From an uncultured Verrucomicrobiae bacterium (GTDB lineage: Bacteria; Verrucomicrobiota; Verrucomicrobiia; Palsa-1439), in the NCBI GenBank assembly GCA_963812605.1, contig CAWEWF010000008.1:185107-249106 (forward strand): DNA of 64,000 bases, read 5' to 3'. A program made the translations under genes and the position numbers. Below the pieces are notes generated by a model that was not told the origin of the DNA, ran no database searches, and was given only the letters and a program-made list of their open reading frames with translations. Positions 55,536 through 64,000 of this stretch are shown here, piece after piece. Position 1 is the first letter of the stretch, and each line of letters begins with the position of its first letter.

Positions 55536-56669
55536 AGGGTCTCTTGCCGATCACGCCACAAATAAACCAAAGCGGTCCCAACAATCAATCCTAGCGCGTA
55601 CCCGTATGGCAGGCCGGCCGCCATCAGCCCCACCAACATCGCGATGCGGAGGTCGATTTTTGAATTGGCGAGGTCCCGAACCAGCAGCAGCATGGCGAGT
55701 CCTTCGAATGCCAACATTACGCCGAGAATCGGTTTCGGGAAGACCTGAATTAGTTGCGCAAAGCAGCCGCTGAAGAAAAGTCCCAGGGACAGGTACAGGC
55801 ATCCATAGATGATCACCGAGCCGCCGGTGCGTGCCCCAAACGTATAGTGCCCCGCCATCCCGCCCGACCCGTGACAGGTCGGGATGCCGCCAAACCAGGG
55901 ATTGACCAGATTCATGATCGAATAGGTGAAGCTGATCTGGCGAATGGTCAATGGCCGTTCGGGGAAGAAATCCTCGGCCACCTGCCGCGTCGCGAGGATC
56001 GAATTCCCCAGCGACAGCGGAATCTGCGGCACGGCAAGGACGATCAGGCCTGTCAGCAAATCCTGTCGGGTCACCACGTGCAGTTGCGGCAGATGCAACC
56101 CAGTGCCATGCCACACCAGACCAAAATCGACCTTGAAAATGAGGGCGTACGCGATACCGAGCGCGATCACAAACAACGCGGCTGGAAACCGCCGGTTACC
56201 CATCAAGATAACCGTGATCACAAACCCGGCTGCCGCCAGCGCGTACCCTGCGGCGCCGTCGGCCGGTACGTAATCCTTCGCAGCGAGCATCGCAAGTTGC
56301 AACCCAAGTCCAAACTGAATTCCTCGCACGACGGTTTTCGGTACAACCTGCGCCAGCCAGTCGATCAAACCCGTCACCGTGAATAGCCAACATCATTACG
56401 CCAATTGCCAGGCCACCGCCGAAAAGCACACCGCCGCTCAGTTTTTGCGCAATCACCAGCGTCGCCATGGCCTTCAGTGGCTGCACCGGCATGGGAATCC
56501 CATAGCGCAAACCGGTAAAAACCTGCATCACACCGAACATAATTAGCACGCTCGCGGCGTCGAGCCCCGCCACGAGAATCATCGCAATGATAAGCGGTAA
56601 GTCGGTCCCGATGTCACCAAACGCACCGGCGAGTTCGTTGCGATCGAAGCGAATCCAGCCCTTACGCAT
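55532..56669 (-). CDS. MOT1-family molybdate/sulfate transporter (frameshift near 56385)
   Basis: 'ELAGAFGDIGTDLP', 'PMPVQPLKA', 'PQIPLSLGNS', 'PTCHGSGGMAGHYTFGART'. Confidence 0.9.
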
Positions 56670-56701
56670 GGGTGCTGAGTATAGCATAGGGAAGAATTGA
56701 T

Positions 56702-57610
56702 TCAGTCTCCTGCGTCAACTCTGTAGAACCGTTGCGACAATGCCGCCGCGCCCGGATCCGTGATGGTCACAATGCCGCCGGTGCCAGGGATGTTATTTGT
56801 CAAGGTGCTCCAACTGCCGGTAACGAGGTTGCTGTTGTCCTCGACGGCGTAGGAGACGCCGTTGGTGGTCGTGAAACTGATTTTCACGTCGGGACCGACG
56901 ATGACCAGCGACGTGACCTGCGAAATCGGGACCACCGTGATTTCCAGGAAGGGCAGTTGATTCGTGTCCACAAAATTGCGCGAGTGAAACGTGAATCCGA
57001 CAGTGCTATTGGTGGTCGCTGTCAGGAAAAGGTTGACCGCGCCTCCTGTCAAGAGATTGCTGACGAAACCCGCGGACGTTCCGAGTGACAGTCGCACCAC
57101 GCCGTCCGTGCCGCCATTGACGAACGTGCCCAGCGACTTGTCCAGGTTGGAGTTCAGGATGGATGGTTCATCGCTGTACACGACGCCGTCAGTCGTCGGG
57201 TTGTTTGGTTTGCCGGTGCCTTCCACCCAGTTCGTATTCGCAATCCAGCGGATCTCGAACGGGCCAACGCCGCCATTAAAGTCGATGTTGTTGACGTCCG
57301 TCTGCTCGACGACATTCAGGATCAGCTTGCTGATCCCCCAATGTCCGGCTCCGTAAATATTATTGAAGTTGCTGACGACGCTGATCACATCGAAGCGCAT
57401 GAACGAATCCAACAGTCCCGCCTGTTGGCCGACGGCATTGGTGGCGATGGGCCCCGAGACCGACAATGCGCCGGCCCCGCCGTAGTTATGGGTGGGATCC
57501 AGGGAACGGACGAAGGTATCGGCCACCGGCAGGTTGGTGGTAACAACCTGTGCCGTAACGGAAGAGGCGGCAACCAGCCACAGGCAAGCAATCAAAAAAC
57601 GCGTGTTCAT
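56702..57610 (-). CDS. Secreted DNRLRE/CBM96-like protein with FYR-tail domain
   Basis: Signal peptide, 'ADTFVRS..PTHNYG', 'WVEGTG', C-terminal 'YAVEDNSNLVTGSW...QRFYRV'. Confidence 0.75.
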   Translation of the reverse strand: MNTRFLIACLWLVAASSVTAQVVTTNLPVADTFVRSLDPTHNYGGAGALSVSGPIATNAVGQQAGLLDSFMRFDVISVVSNFNNIYGAGHWGISKLILNVVEQTDVNNIDFNGGVGPFEIRWIANTNWVEGTGKPNNPTTDGVVYSDEPSILNSNLDKSLGTFVNGGTDGVVRLSLGTSAGFVSNLLTGGAVNLFLTATTNSTVGFTFHSRNFVDTNQLPFLEITVVPISQVTSLVIVGPDVKISFTTTNGVSYAVEDNSNLVTGSWSTLTNNIPGTGGIVTITDPGAAALSQRFYRVDAGD

Positions 57611-57616
57611 GAGAAT

Positions 57617-58453
57617 TTATTCTTCGCCAATCGGGAAAAAAAGCGGCACGCCATCGGGTTGCTTGGCCGCGAAGTCCCGGAGGAATTGCTGCCCTTTTTC
57701 GGAAGTCAGGTAATCCGCCAAGGCTTGCGCGCCCGGCACATTCGTGTTCGGGAAACGCTTCACGTTGGCCACCATCACGACGAATGGGCGGCGCATATCT
57801 GGATCGCCGCGCACCATGATTTCCATGCCTTCCGAGTCCATCTTGCCTTTTACGACAGGAATCCGGCCAACGATCACGTAAGCGTGATGTTTCTGCGCGA
57901 ACATCACCACCCCCGGCCCATGATCGCTCTCGTCCTTCAGCACCCAGTCGCCCTGCGGCACGAGGCCCGTCTTCTTCCAAAGCTTGTCGGCCACTTGCCG
58001 CGCGCCCGCGTCGAAGAAGTCCACATACGGCGCGTGCGCCTCGGCGATCTTGCGCAAGGCGGCGGCGCCGTCGGTCATGCCCTTAATGTGCGCAGGATCG
58101 TCGGGCGGCCCGACGATGACCAACTCATTGCGCGCCCACGGTTTCATTCCCAGGGCATAGCCGTCCGCCACAAGATTCATCGCGTCGTCGGTCGAATGCA
58201 TCGTCAGGAAATCCACATCGCCTTTGCGGAAGGATTCGACGAGAACCTGTTTATTTCCGGCCATCACCACCTTCACTTTGTAGCCGGTATCGGCCTCGAA
58301 CCTTTTGGAGATCTCCTGCCATACACCCGTCATGACCATGCCGCCGATGACGGCGACGCGAACCGGGGGCCTCGGCGGCGGCGAAGATGGCCCACATCCG
58401 TTTGTGACAGCCAGAACCACGGCGAGACCGGCAGAGAGGAGTCGCAGTCTCAT
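57617..58453 (-). CDS. TupA-like (tungstate/molybdate) substrate-binding lipoprotein
   Basis: Lipobox-like AVTNGC, 'RFEADTGYKVKVV', 'NELVIVGPPDDPAHIKG', 'DYLTSEKGQ'. Confidence 0.8.
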   Translation of the reverse strand: MRLRLLSAGLAVVLAVTNGCGPSSPPPRPPVRVAVIGGMVMTGVWQEISKRFEADTGYKVKVVMAGNKQVLVESFRKGDVDFLTMHSTDDAMNLVADGYALGMKPWARNELVIVGPPDDPAHIKGMTDGAAALRKIAEAHAPYVDFFDAGARQVADKLWKKTGLVPQGDWVLKDESDHGPGVVMFAQKHHAYVIVGRIPVVKGKMDSEGMEIMVRGDPDMRRPFVVMVANVKRFPNTNVPGAQALADYLTSEKGQQFLRDFAAKQPDGVPLFFPIGEE

Positions 58454-59154
58454 GGTAACGGCGCCTGGTTGATGCCGGCGGTGAGCGTTTGCCAGCGGAT
58501 GTCGGGTCGCGTCGGCTCACCAACCCCGCAGCCAAGATAATCACCAGAGAATGAGTCGACACGTCCGTCCACAAACACGACGTTGGCGCGCCCGGAATGC
58601 CGCGCCAGGACAGTGTATCCCAACTGGGACGGGACCGTGGATGAGTATTGACCGGGCGCGTCCGCCATGAAAGCGAGTTGTCCGGGATTGGGGATCTCCG
58701 GCAACCGATGTTGTGACGGGCGAATCCACGGCGAGAGGTACATGTTCATGGCGTAGGGTAGAAAATAGGCCCCGCCCGGATTCTTCGCGCTTGGATCGAT
58801 AAATATCGACGAGGCATCGCCCGCCCGCGGCGGCGCGCCTTGCGCGACCAGATTGTTGAACGACTGCGACCCAAGGTATCGCGGCAGACAATTGAACCAA
58901 TCTTCCGGTCGATTGATCAGGAACAACGGCTGGATCCCCTGACCCCGTCGCGGAATGTATTCGTTGTAATCACCGATGTACAACTGCAACGCCAGCCCCC
59001 ACTGTCGGAGATTATTGGCGCAACGGGCGCTCTCTCCGCGGGCGCGGGCCCTTCCCAGCGCGCTGAGCGCCAGGCCCGCCAGTACCCCGATGATGGCCAT
59101 GACGACCAGCAATTCAACAAGAGTGAACGCAACTCGTCTAGTCGGCTGCCGCAT
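58450..59154 (-). CDS. Prepilin-type N-terminal cleavage protein with H-X9-DG motif
   Basis: AFTLVELLVVMAIIGVL; CANNLRQW; H-SGRANVVFV-DG. Confidence 0.92.
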   Translation of the reverse strand: MRQPTRRVAFTLVELLVVMAIIGVLAGLALSALGRARARGESARCANNLRQWGLALQLYIGDYNEYIPRRGQGIQPLFLINRPEDWFNCLPRYLGSQSFNNLVAQGAPPRAGDASSIFIDPSAKNPGGAYFLPYAMNMYLSPWIRPSQHRLPEIPNPGQLAFMADAPGQYSSTVPSQLGYTVLARHSGRANVVFVDGRVDSFSGDYLGCGVGEPTRPDIRWQTLTAGINQAPLP

Positions 59155-59944
59155 GCCTGCTTTTCCTGCGACGACGGCCCACCGCGGCCAGAGCCGCACC
59201 TGACAAGCCCAGCAATACCACCGTCGCCGGCTCGGGAATCGCGACGGCTGTAAGAATCAGGCCCGGCCGCGCCGAGGCCGTCCCGAAATTTTCCGAGGGG
59301 AACGTGAACCCAACGGTGCTATTCGGAGTCTCTGTCATGTAAAGACTGACCAGGCTGCCGGTCGAAATCTCGCTGATAAAACCCGAGGGCAACCCAAGCG
59401 ACAGGTTCATCCGGCCACTGGTGGCCCCCCCGTAGGTAAACGTCCCCAGCGACTCGTCTACGTTGGAGTTCAGGAGAGAGGGCTCTTGCGCATACGTGAT
59501 GCCATTGGTCGTCGGGCTCCCCGGCGTGCCGGTGCCTTCCAGCCAGGAATTATTCCCGAGCCAGTTCACCGCAAACGGGCCGGCGCCAAAATTAAAGTCG
59601 GTGTTGTTCGGGGGTTGCGCAGTAACGCCGAGCGTCACGCTGCTAATCGCCCATTGCCCCACGCCGAACGCGCTGTTGAAACTGGCAACCGCGTTGGTCA
59701 CATTGAACTGCAGGAACGAGTCCAACAATCCCCCCTGGGCGCCCAGGGTATTCGTGGCGATCGATCCTGAAACCGAAAGCGCGCCCGCAACGCCATAGTT
59801 TTGCGTGGGCTGCACGGACCGGACAAACGCGTCCTGGGTGGGATTATTTGTCACCGTAATTTGCGCCAGAACATTGCCCGCTCCCGCCAGCCACGAACAA
59901 CCCGCCAGACACACCGCGCCCTTGATGATGATAAACCCTCGCAT
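59138..59944 (-). CDS. DNRLRE/CBM96-like PEP-CTERM protein
   Basis: Paralog of 56702..57610; C-terminal IPEPAT + TM + RRRRK. Confidence 0.85.
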   Translation of the reverse strand: MRGFIIIKGAVCLAGCSWLAGAGNVLAQITVTNNPTQDAFVRSVQPTQNYGVAGALSVSGSIATNTLGAQGGLLDSFLQFNVTNAVASFNSAFGVGQWAISSVTLGVTAQPPNNTDFNFGAGPFAVNWLGNNSWLEGTGTPGSPTTNGITYAQEPSLLNSNVDESLGTFTYGGATSGRMNLSLGLPSGFISEISTGSLVSLYMTETPNSTVGFTFPSENFGTASARPGLILTAVAIPEPATVVLLGLSGAALAAVGRRRRKSRHAAAD

Positions 59945-59987
59945 ACCGCATCTTCCCTTCATTATCGAATTAAACTCGCCAGCGTAT

Positions 59988-60013
59988 CCGTTATATTTCT
60001 ACAGATATATCGG
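59988..60013. promoter_or_regulatory. ModE-type operator
   Basis: CCGTTATAT-TTCTACAG-ATATATCGG matches the ModE box pattern CGTTATAT-Nx-ATATAxCG. Confidence 0.8.
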
Positions 60014-60050
60014 GGATAAACGCAAGAAAAAAGCCGGGCGAGGGGGATGA

Positions 60051-60425
60051 CTATCGCAATTGTTCCAACAACTGCTTGCGAACTGTCTGCGTGGCCTTGA
60101 GACTCTGCGCCTCGAAACGGCGGTACAAAGCCAGCACGCTCTCGCCCGTCTCCGTCAGGATTGCCGTTCCGCGTTCCGCGCCGCCACGTTTGGTCTGCAC
60201 CAGCGGCGCTTTGAAACAGCCATTCATCGTACGGATCAGCAGCCACGCGCGCATGTAGGACATCCCCATCGACTCGGCGGCACCCACGATGGATCCAGTT
60301 TTGCGAACGGCCTCCAGTAGATCCGCCTTGCCCGGACCAATCGCAATATCTCTCCCGCGATAGAGCCGTGGTCGAACCTGGAATTGTGGACCGACCTCCT
60401 TGTGCTGCGGATGTTTGCTCTTCAT
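60051..60425 (-). CDS. modE: ModE-family winged-helix regulator (HTH only)
   Basis: 'IGPGKADLLEAV..TGSI..AA..MGMSYMRAW..LVQTKRGG'; no C-terminal Mop domains. Confidence 0.85.
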   Translation of the reverse strand: MKSKHPQHKEVGPQFQVRPRLYRGRDIAIGPGKADLLEAVRKTGSIVGAAESMGMSYMRAWLLIRTMNGCFKAPLVQTKRGGAERGTAILTETGESVLALYRRFEAQSLKATQTVRKQLLEQLR

Positions 60426-60446
60426 GGACGACACTGAAAGATCCGA

Positions 60447-61295
60447 TCAAGGTGTCCGGACCAACAGCACGGGGACTGTGGCTTTGCGGATGACATGCGA
60501 GGTGGTGGACCCGAGGATGAGTTCGCGAATGCGTGTATGGCCGTACGCGCCCATGACGATGAGGTCGGCGCCAAGCGTTTCCCGGAGTTGGAGGATTTCC
60601 TCTTCGGGATCGCCATGCAGGACTTCCACTTCAGCCTTGACGCCGTTCCCCAGCGCCCGCTGTTTTGCCTTCTCAAGAACCGCCGCGGCAGCGTCTTCGC
60701 CCCCCAACGCCGCGACCGTTGTAATCGTCACCTTCACTCCCAGGGCCGGGGCCAGCGCGATGCCCGCGCGCAGGGCCTTGCTCGATTCCTCGCTGCCGTC
60801 GTAGGCGATGAGCATATGGCTGATCTCATGAAACTTCTCCGGCGTGACGAGACACGGCTTGACCGATGCGCGCACCACGCGTTCAATGCTGGACCCAAGC
60901 ATCCCATCGGCCCACTCCGCATGTTCGCCATGCTGACCGAGAACGACGAGATCCGCCTGTCGCTCCTGATCAAGGATCGCCTGCACCAGGGTGCCGGTTT
61001 CATGGACTGTCTCGCACGCGACATTGCTTTTACAGGCGCGGTCACCGGCCGCCGCCAGGATCATCGCCGCCTTCTCTTTTTGGATTTGTTCCATTTGCGG
61101 CAGCACGGCGGCGTAGGGCTGCGCGCCGACCGCGCCCGACAAATCCGCCAGCCAGGGACCTTCCAAAATGCGAATGTCCGTGACATACAGCGCCCGCAGG
61201 GAGGCGCTGAGTTTCCGCGCGAACCAGATCGCGTAATCCCCCGCGACCTCGGCGGCGGGTGAACCGTCGGTGCACAACAAAATGCTTTTATACAT
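60447..61295 (-). CDS. Tandem universal stress protein
   Basis: Two USP domains: 'ILLCTDGS', 'LGSSIERVVR', 'AYDGS', 'MGAYGHTRIRELILGSTT'. Confidence 0.92.
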   Translation of the reverse strand: MYKSILLCTDGSPAAEVAGDYAIWFARKLSASLRALYVTDIRILEGPWLADLSGAVGAQPYAAVLPQMEQIQKEKAAMILAAAGDRACKSNVACETVHETGTLVQAILDQERQADLVVLGQHGEHAEWADGMLGSSIERVVRASVKPCLVTPEKFHEISHMLIAYDGSEESSKALRAGIALAPALGVKVTITTVAALGGEDAAAAVLEKAKQRALGNGVKAEVEVLHGDPEEEILQLRETLGADLIVMGAYGHTRIRELILGSTTSHVIRKATVPVLLVRTP

Positions 61296-61405
61296 GGCTC
61301 TCTCCGTTCGCGGCTACCGGCGCTACAACCTGCGTCCCGCACGATGATGACCGCCAAACCACGGCGTTGACAAGGGGGTGTTTTGCCTGTAATGCTTTTG
61401 GTTGC

Positions 61406-61479
61406 GGGCGCTTAGCTCAGTTGGCTAGAGCACCTCGTTTACACCGAGGGGGTCAAAGGTTCAAGTCCTTTAGCGCCCA
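61406..61479 (+). tRNA. tRNA-Val(TAC)
   Basis: Cloverleaf with acceptor GGGCGCT..AGCGCCC-A and anticodon arm CCTCG-TTTACAC-CGAGG; no encoded CCA. Confidence 0.95.
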
Positions 61480-61582
61480 TTCCCTGCAAGCGCAGGGAAA
61501 TTCGAAACTCGAAGCACGAATATCGAAACAGATTTGTTTCGGATTTCGGATTTTGACATTCGGATTTCCGCTGCAAGCGGCT

Positions 61583-61660
61583 GGGGGTGTAGCTCAATTG
61601 GTTCAGAGCGCTGCCCTGTCACGGCAGAGGTTGCGGGTTCGAGCCCCGTCACTCCCGCCA
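61583..61660 (+). tRNA. tRNA-Asp(GTC)
   Basis: Acceptor GGGGGTG..CACTCCC-G-CCA; anticodon arm CTGCC-CTGTCAC-GGCAG. Confidence 0.96.
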
Positions 61661-61795
61661 ATTTCTACTTTGTCTAAGCAACTGATTTGCGGCGGCTGGT
61701 GTCGGATTGGTTGGCTGGGTACCTTTGTGAAACTGTCAAGAGTCAAGGGCCTGTTGCCCAAATGTCTTTTCCGGTTGTAGATACCGTCTTGGTTG

Positions 61796-62773
61796 TCAAT
61801 GGGTCGTTGCATAGTTGGGGTCAAAAGGGGTGGCGTGTTTGAGGACGCCATAAGCCTGGTGCAGCAGTTTGCGCATGACGGCGCCGACGATGACCATCGG
61901 GGGCTTACTGCGTTCCCGCAGCCGCTGGGCAAACTTTTTGAGCAGCGGATTGTAACGCATCGCCACCACCGCTGGCAGATACAGAGCGCGCCGCAGGCGG
62001 GCGTTGCCAATCTTGCTGAGACGACTTCGCCCGCGCACGGAACTGCCCGAGGTCCGCTGTTGGGGGTTGAGCCCCGCATAGGCCACGGCTTGACGGGCGC
62101 TGGACCACTGTGCCAGACCGGACATCTCGGCTAACAGTTTGAGCGCGGTGGTCTCACCGATGCCGGGGATACTTTGCAACAGATCGTTCTGGTGTTGCAA
62201 CCCGGGATGGGTGCGGACGTGTTGGCGGAGACGTTGTTGGAGACAGCGTAATTGCGCGTCCAGATGAGCCAAGTGCTCGCGCAAGGAATCGGCCACCAAG
62301 CTGTCGTCGGCTTCCAGATCCAAACGGTTGCGTTCTTGCTGGCGCATCGCTTGGAGCGCCTCGACCCGACGCACGAGAGCTTGCAGTTGACGCTGTTCGG
62401 GCGGGGGTGGCGTCCAAGGTGGCGTTTGCTGAGTGGCCACGAAGCGGGCGATCAGCGCCGCATCCAAAGGGTCGGTCTTGTTGCGCGACAATTCGCTCTG
62501 GGCGAAGGCGTGGATCCGGGTCGGGTTGATCACGCTGACGCGTAGGCCTTGCTCGTGCAGGAACAGCGCCAGCGCATTGCCATAGGTGCCCGTGGCTTCC
62601 AGGCCGGCGTGAACAAGGCCGGTGGCGTGTTGGCGCAGCCAGGCCGCCAGTTGTGCGAAACCGGTCGCAGAATTGGTGAATTGGCGGTGGCGATAGCGCC
62701 CGTTCTCCAGCAGTAGCGCTGCGTCGAAGCTGCGTTTGGCGACATCCAGGCCCAGCGGGTGATGACTTGTCAT
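61796..62773 (-). CDS. IS110 recombinase/transposase
   Basis: GLDVAK, LEATGTY, NKTDPLDA, SIPGIG, YAGLNP..SGSS, RRALYLPA, AVMRKL. Confidence 0.96.
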   Translation of the reverse strand: MTSHHPLGLDVAKRSFDAALLLENGRYRHRQFTNSATGFAQLAAWLRQHATGLVHAGLEATGTYGNALALFLHEQGLRVSVINPTRIHAFAQSELSRNKTDPLDAALIARFVATQQTPPWTPPPPEQRQLQALVRRVEALQAMRQQERNRLDLEADDSLVADSLREHLAHLDAQLRCLQQRLRQHVRTHPGLQHQNDLLQSIPGIGETTALKLLAEMSGLAQWSSARQAVAYAGLNPQQRTSGSSVRGRSRLSKIGNARLRRALYLPAVVAMRYNPLLKKFAQRLRERSKPPMVIVGAVMRKLLHQAYGVLKHATPFDPNYATTH

Positions 62774-62799
62774 GGTCGTCTCCTTGTGGTTGAGTGTGG

Positions 62800-63010
62800 G
62801 CGGTGGACAGATCGGTTGGCGGGCCGAGCTTGTGCATACAGGTTCACTCCGAAGGCGTTCGGAGGACCTCCGATACCGTTCGGCCTGAGCCGACCACGGG
62901 GAAAGGGATCGAATCTACAGCTCAGGCTCATGGGCCTGGCCGCGCTTACGGATTCACCTTTCCCCGGCATGTCCACCATGGTCGGTTCCCCTACGGGACT
63001 ACAGTAAGGA
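62800..63010 (-). ncRNA. Predicted bridge RNA of IS110 #2 (boundaries approximate)
   Basis: Minus-strand order AAGCGCGGC (62947-39), TGTAG (62919-15), ACGGTATC (62879-72), ACAAG (62833-29) matches the target and donor halves. Confidence 0.82.
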
Positions 63011-63225
63011 CCCATCTGGGCAAGATACAAGCCGCGCTTCTGTGAAGCGCGAGCCGTTCATTTTCCCAATAAAATCTGGTGCTCTGAAAACTTTCGGAGC
63101 GCCGCGACACGAAATCCAATGGATTTCGATTTGGGCAACAGACCCTCAAGCGTTGACCCCCTTTTCCCTTCTGAGGGCATTTTTGTAGGCCCGGCGGCTT
63201 CCTACAGCACTGGCTGGTGGCTGGC

Positions 63226-63558
63226 TCAGAGAATCTTATCCAAAGCGGCAATCAGCGGCGGCAAGTCCTGGGTGACGATTTGCCAAAGGATGTCGAAATC
63301 CACGTTGTCGTAGCCATGAATAAGCCGGTTGCGAAGTCCGACAATCTGTGGCCATGGATGCCGGGATAGCTCACGCGTTCCGGTGGCGGGACACGGCTGG
63401 CCGCTTCGCCCACGATTTCGAGCAGACGAACGAGGGAGAGATTTCAGCGGACGATCGGTATCCAGGTCCGCGCGCGTTCTGCCCTGTGCCATCTGCGCGG
63501 CTTCGCGGGCGGCGTCAAGCATATGCCGTAAACGCGCCGGCGTTTCATGCTGCGGCAT
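63226..63558 (-). CDS. HEPN/DUF86 ribonuclease toxin (internal compensating indels)
   Basis: 'RLRHMLDAA', '[29 protein letters not shown]' with RX4H. Confidence 0.88.
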   Translation of the reverse strand: MPQHETPARLRHMLDAAREAAQMAQGRTRADLDTDRPLKSLPRSSARNRGRSGQPCPATGTRELSRHPWPQIVGLRNRLIHGYDNVDFDILWQIVTQDLPPLIAALDKIL

Positions 63559-63852
63559 ATTGCACTTCGGCCTCCTCCATTACCCGGTCGCGGAAATAGG
63601 GACTCAGGAACTGCGGTGTGTTCAAATCCACCTTCCGCCCCAACAAATCGGATAGTTCCTGCTCCATCGCAAAGAACGCCAGCCCCGGGACGTGGCCCGG
63701 CTCGAATTCCACCAGCACATCAAGATCGCTATCCGCCGGGCATCGCCACGCAACACCGAGCCGAACACCGCCAATTTGCGGATATGATGCCGTTGGCAAA
63801 ATTCCGCGGTCTGGCGCTGTGGCAATCGGGTGTGGGTCTGATCAGTCCTCAT
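63545..63852 (-). CDS. Minimal nucleotidyltransferase (MNT) antitoxin (frameshifted)
   Basis: '[18 protein letters not shown]', then '[18 protein letters not shown]' in another frame. Confidence 0.88.
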
Positions 63853-64000
63853 GATTCGCTAATTATCCCGCAACTCGCCATGTCTGGCAAGCTGCGCCTT
63901 GCGGGGTAGTTCGTGTGTCGTCCAAGCCCTCTAAGACGGCCTTCGTAAAGGGGTCATAAAGGGGTCAGTCCTTAGTATTGACACTACAGGCCGCAAGCGT

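Larger units (their letters stand above)
61779..63031 (-). mobile_element. IS110-family (IS621-like) insertion sequence
   Basis: Cores (AG on plus) at 61779-80 and 63030-31. Removal restores the REP GTAGCCGCGCTTCTGTGAAGCGCG. Junction is ACGGTAT-CT-TGTAT. Confidence 0.9.
61747..63145. mobile_element. MITE-like shell with REP, interrupted by IS110
   Basis: 17-bp IRs GGGCCTGTTGCCCAAAT (61747-63) and ATTTGGGCAACAGACCC (63129-45); TCAA directly repeated outside both; about 148 bp when empty. Confidence 0.8.

Noticed and set aside
61496-61570. Heptamer-like repeats (TTCGGAT/TCGAAA) forming a hairpin between the tRNAs
   Set aside because: Short degenerate intergenic repeat with no evidence for a separate RNA gene.

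Overview
GC-rich bacterial chromosome segment, most consistent with Verrucomicrobiota (PVC). The lineage call is an inference from the PEP-CTERM proteins, H-X9-DG prepilin-type proteins, a shared 'NLxxxxW...FYR' C-terminal domain and the dnaK-groES-groEL order. Housekeeping blocks include ftsH/folP/cdaA/cdaR/glmM, grpE-dnaJ-rsmE, smc, pilT, exeA/exeB, smpB, rpoZ, dnaK-groES-groEL, pdxB, a ppiD-like gene and tRNA-Val/Asp. Many of these carry single-base frameshifts that look like long-read assembly errors. Two things stand out. (1) Two micronutrient-regulated surface cassettes share the same three parts: a PEP-CTERM protein, an H-X9-DG pseudopilin and a secreted FYR-tail protein. One follows a cobalamin riboswitch (3.1-6.3 kb). 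The other follows a ModE box and also encodes a TupA-like binding protein and a MOT1 transporter (55.5-60.4 kb). Neither has a TonB-dependent receptor. (2) A nested mobile-DNA hierarchy is present. Short MITE-like shells with terminal inverted repeats and target duplications carry REP doublets, and two IS621-like IS110 elements sit inside those REPs. Their bridge-RNA guides can be read from the sequence and match their own target and donor sites. REP-derived sequence also occurs in frame in the smc hinge and the grpE tail. All family assignments are by eye from motifs; no database searches were run.
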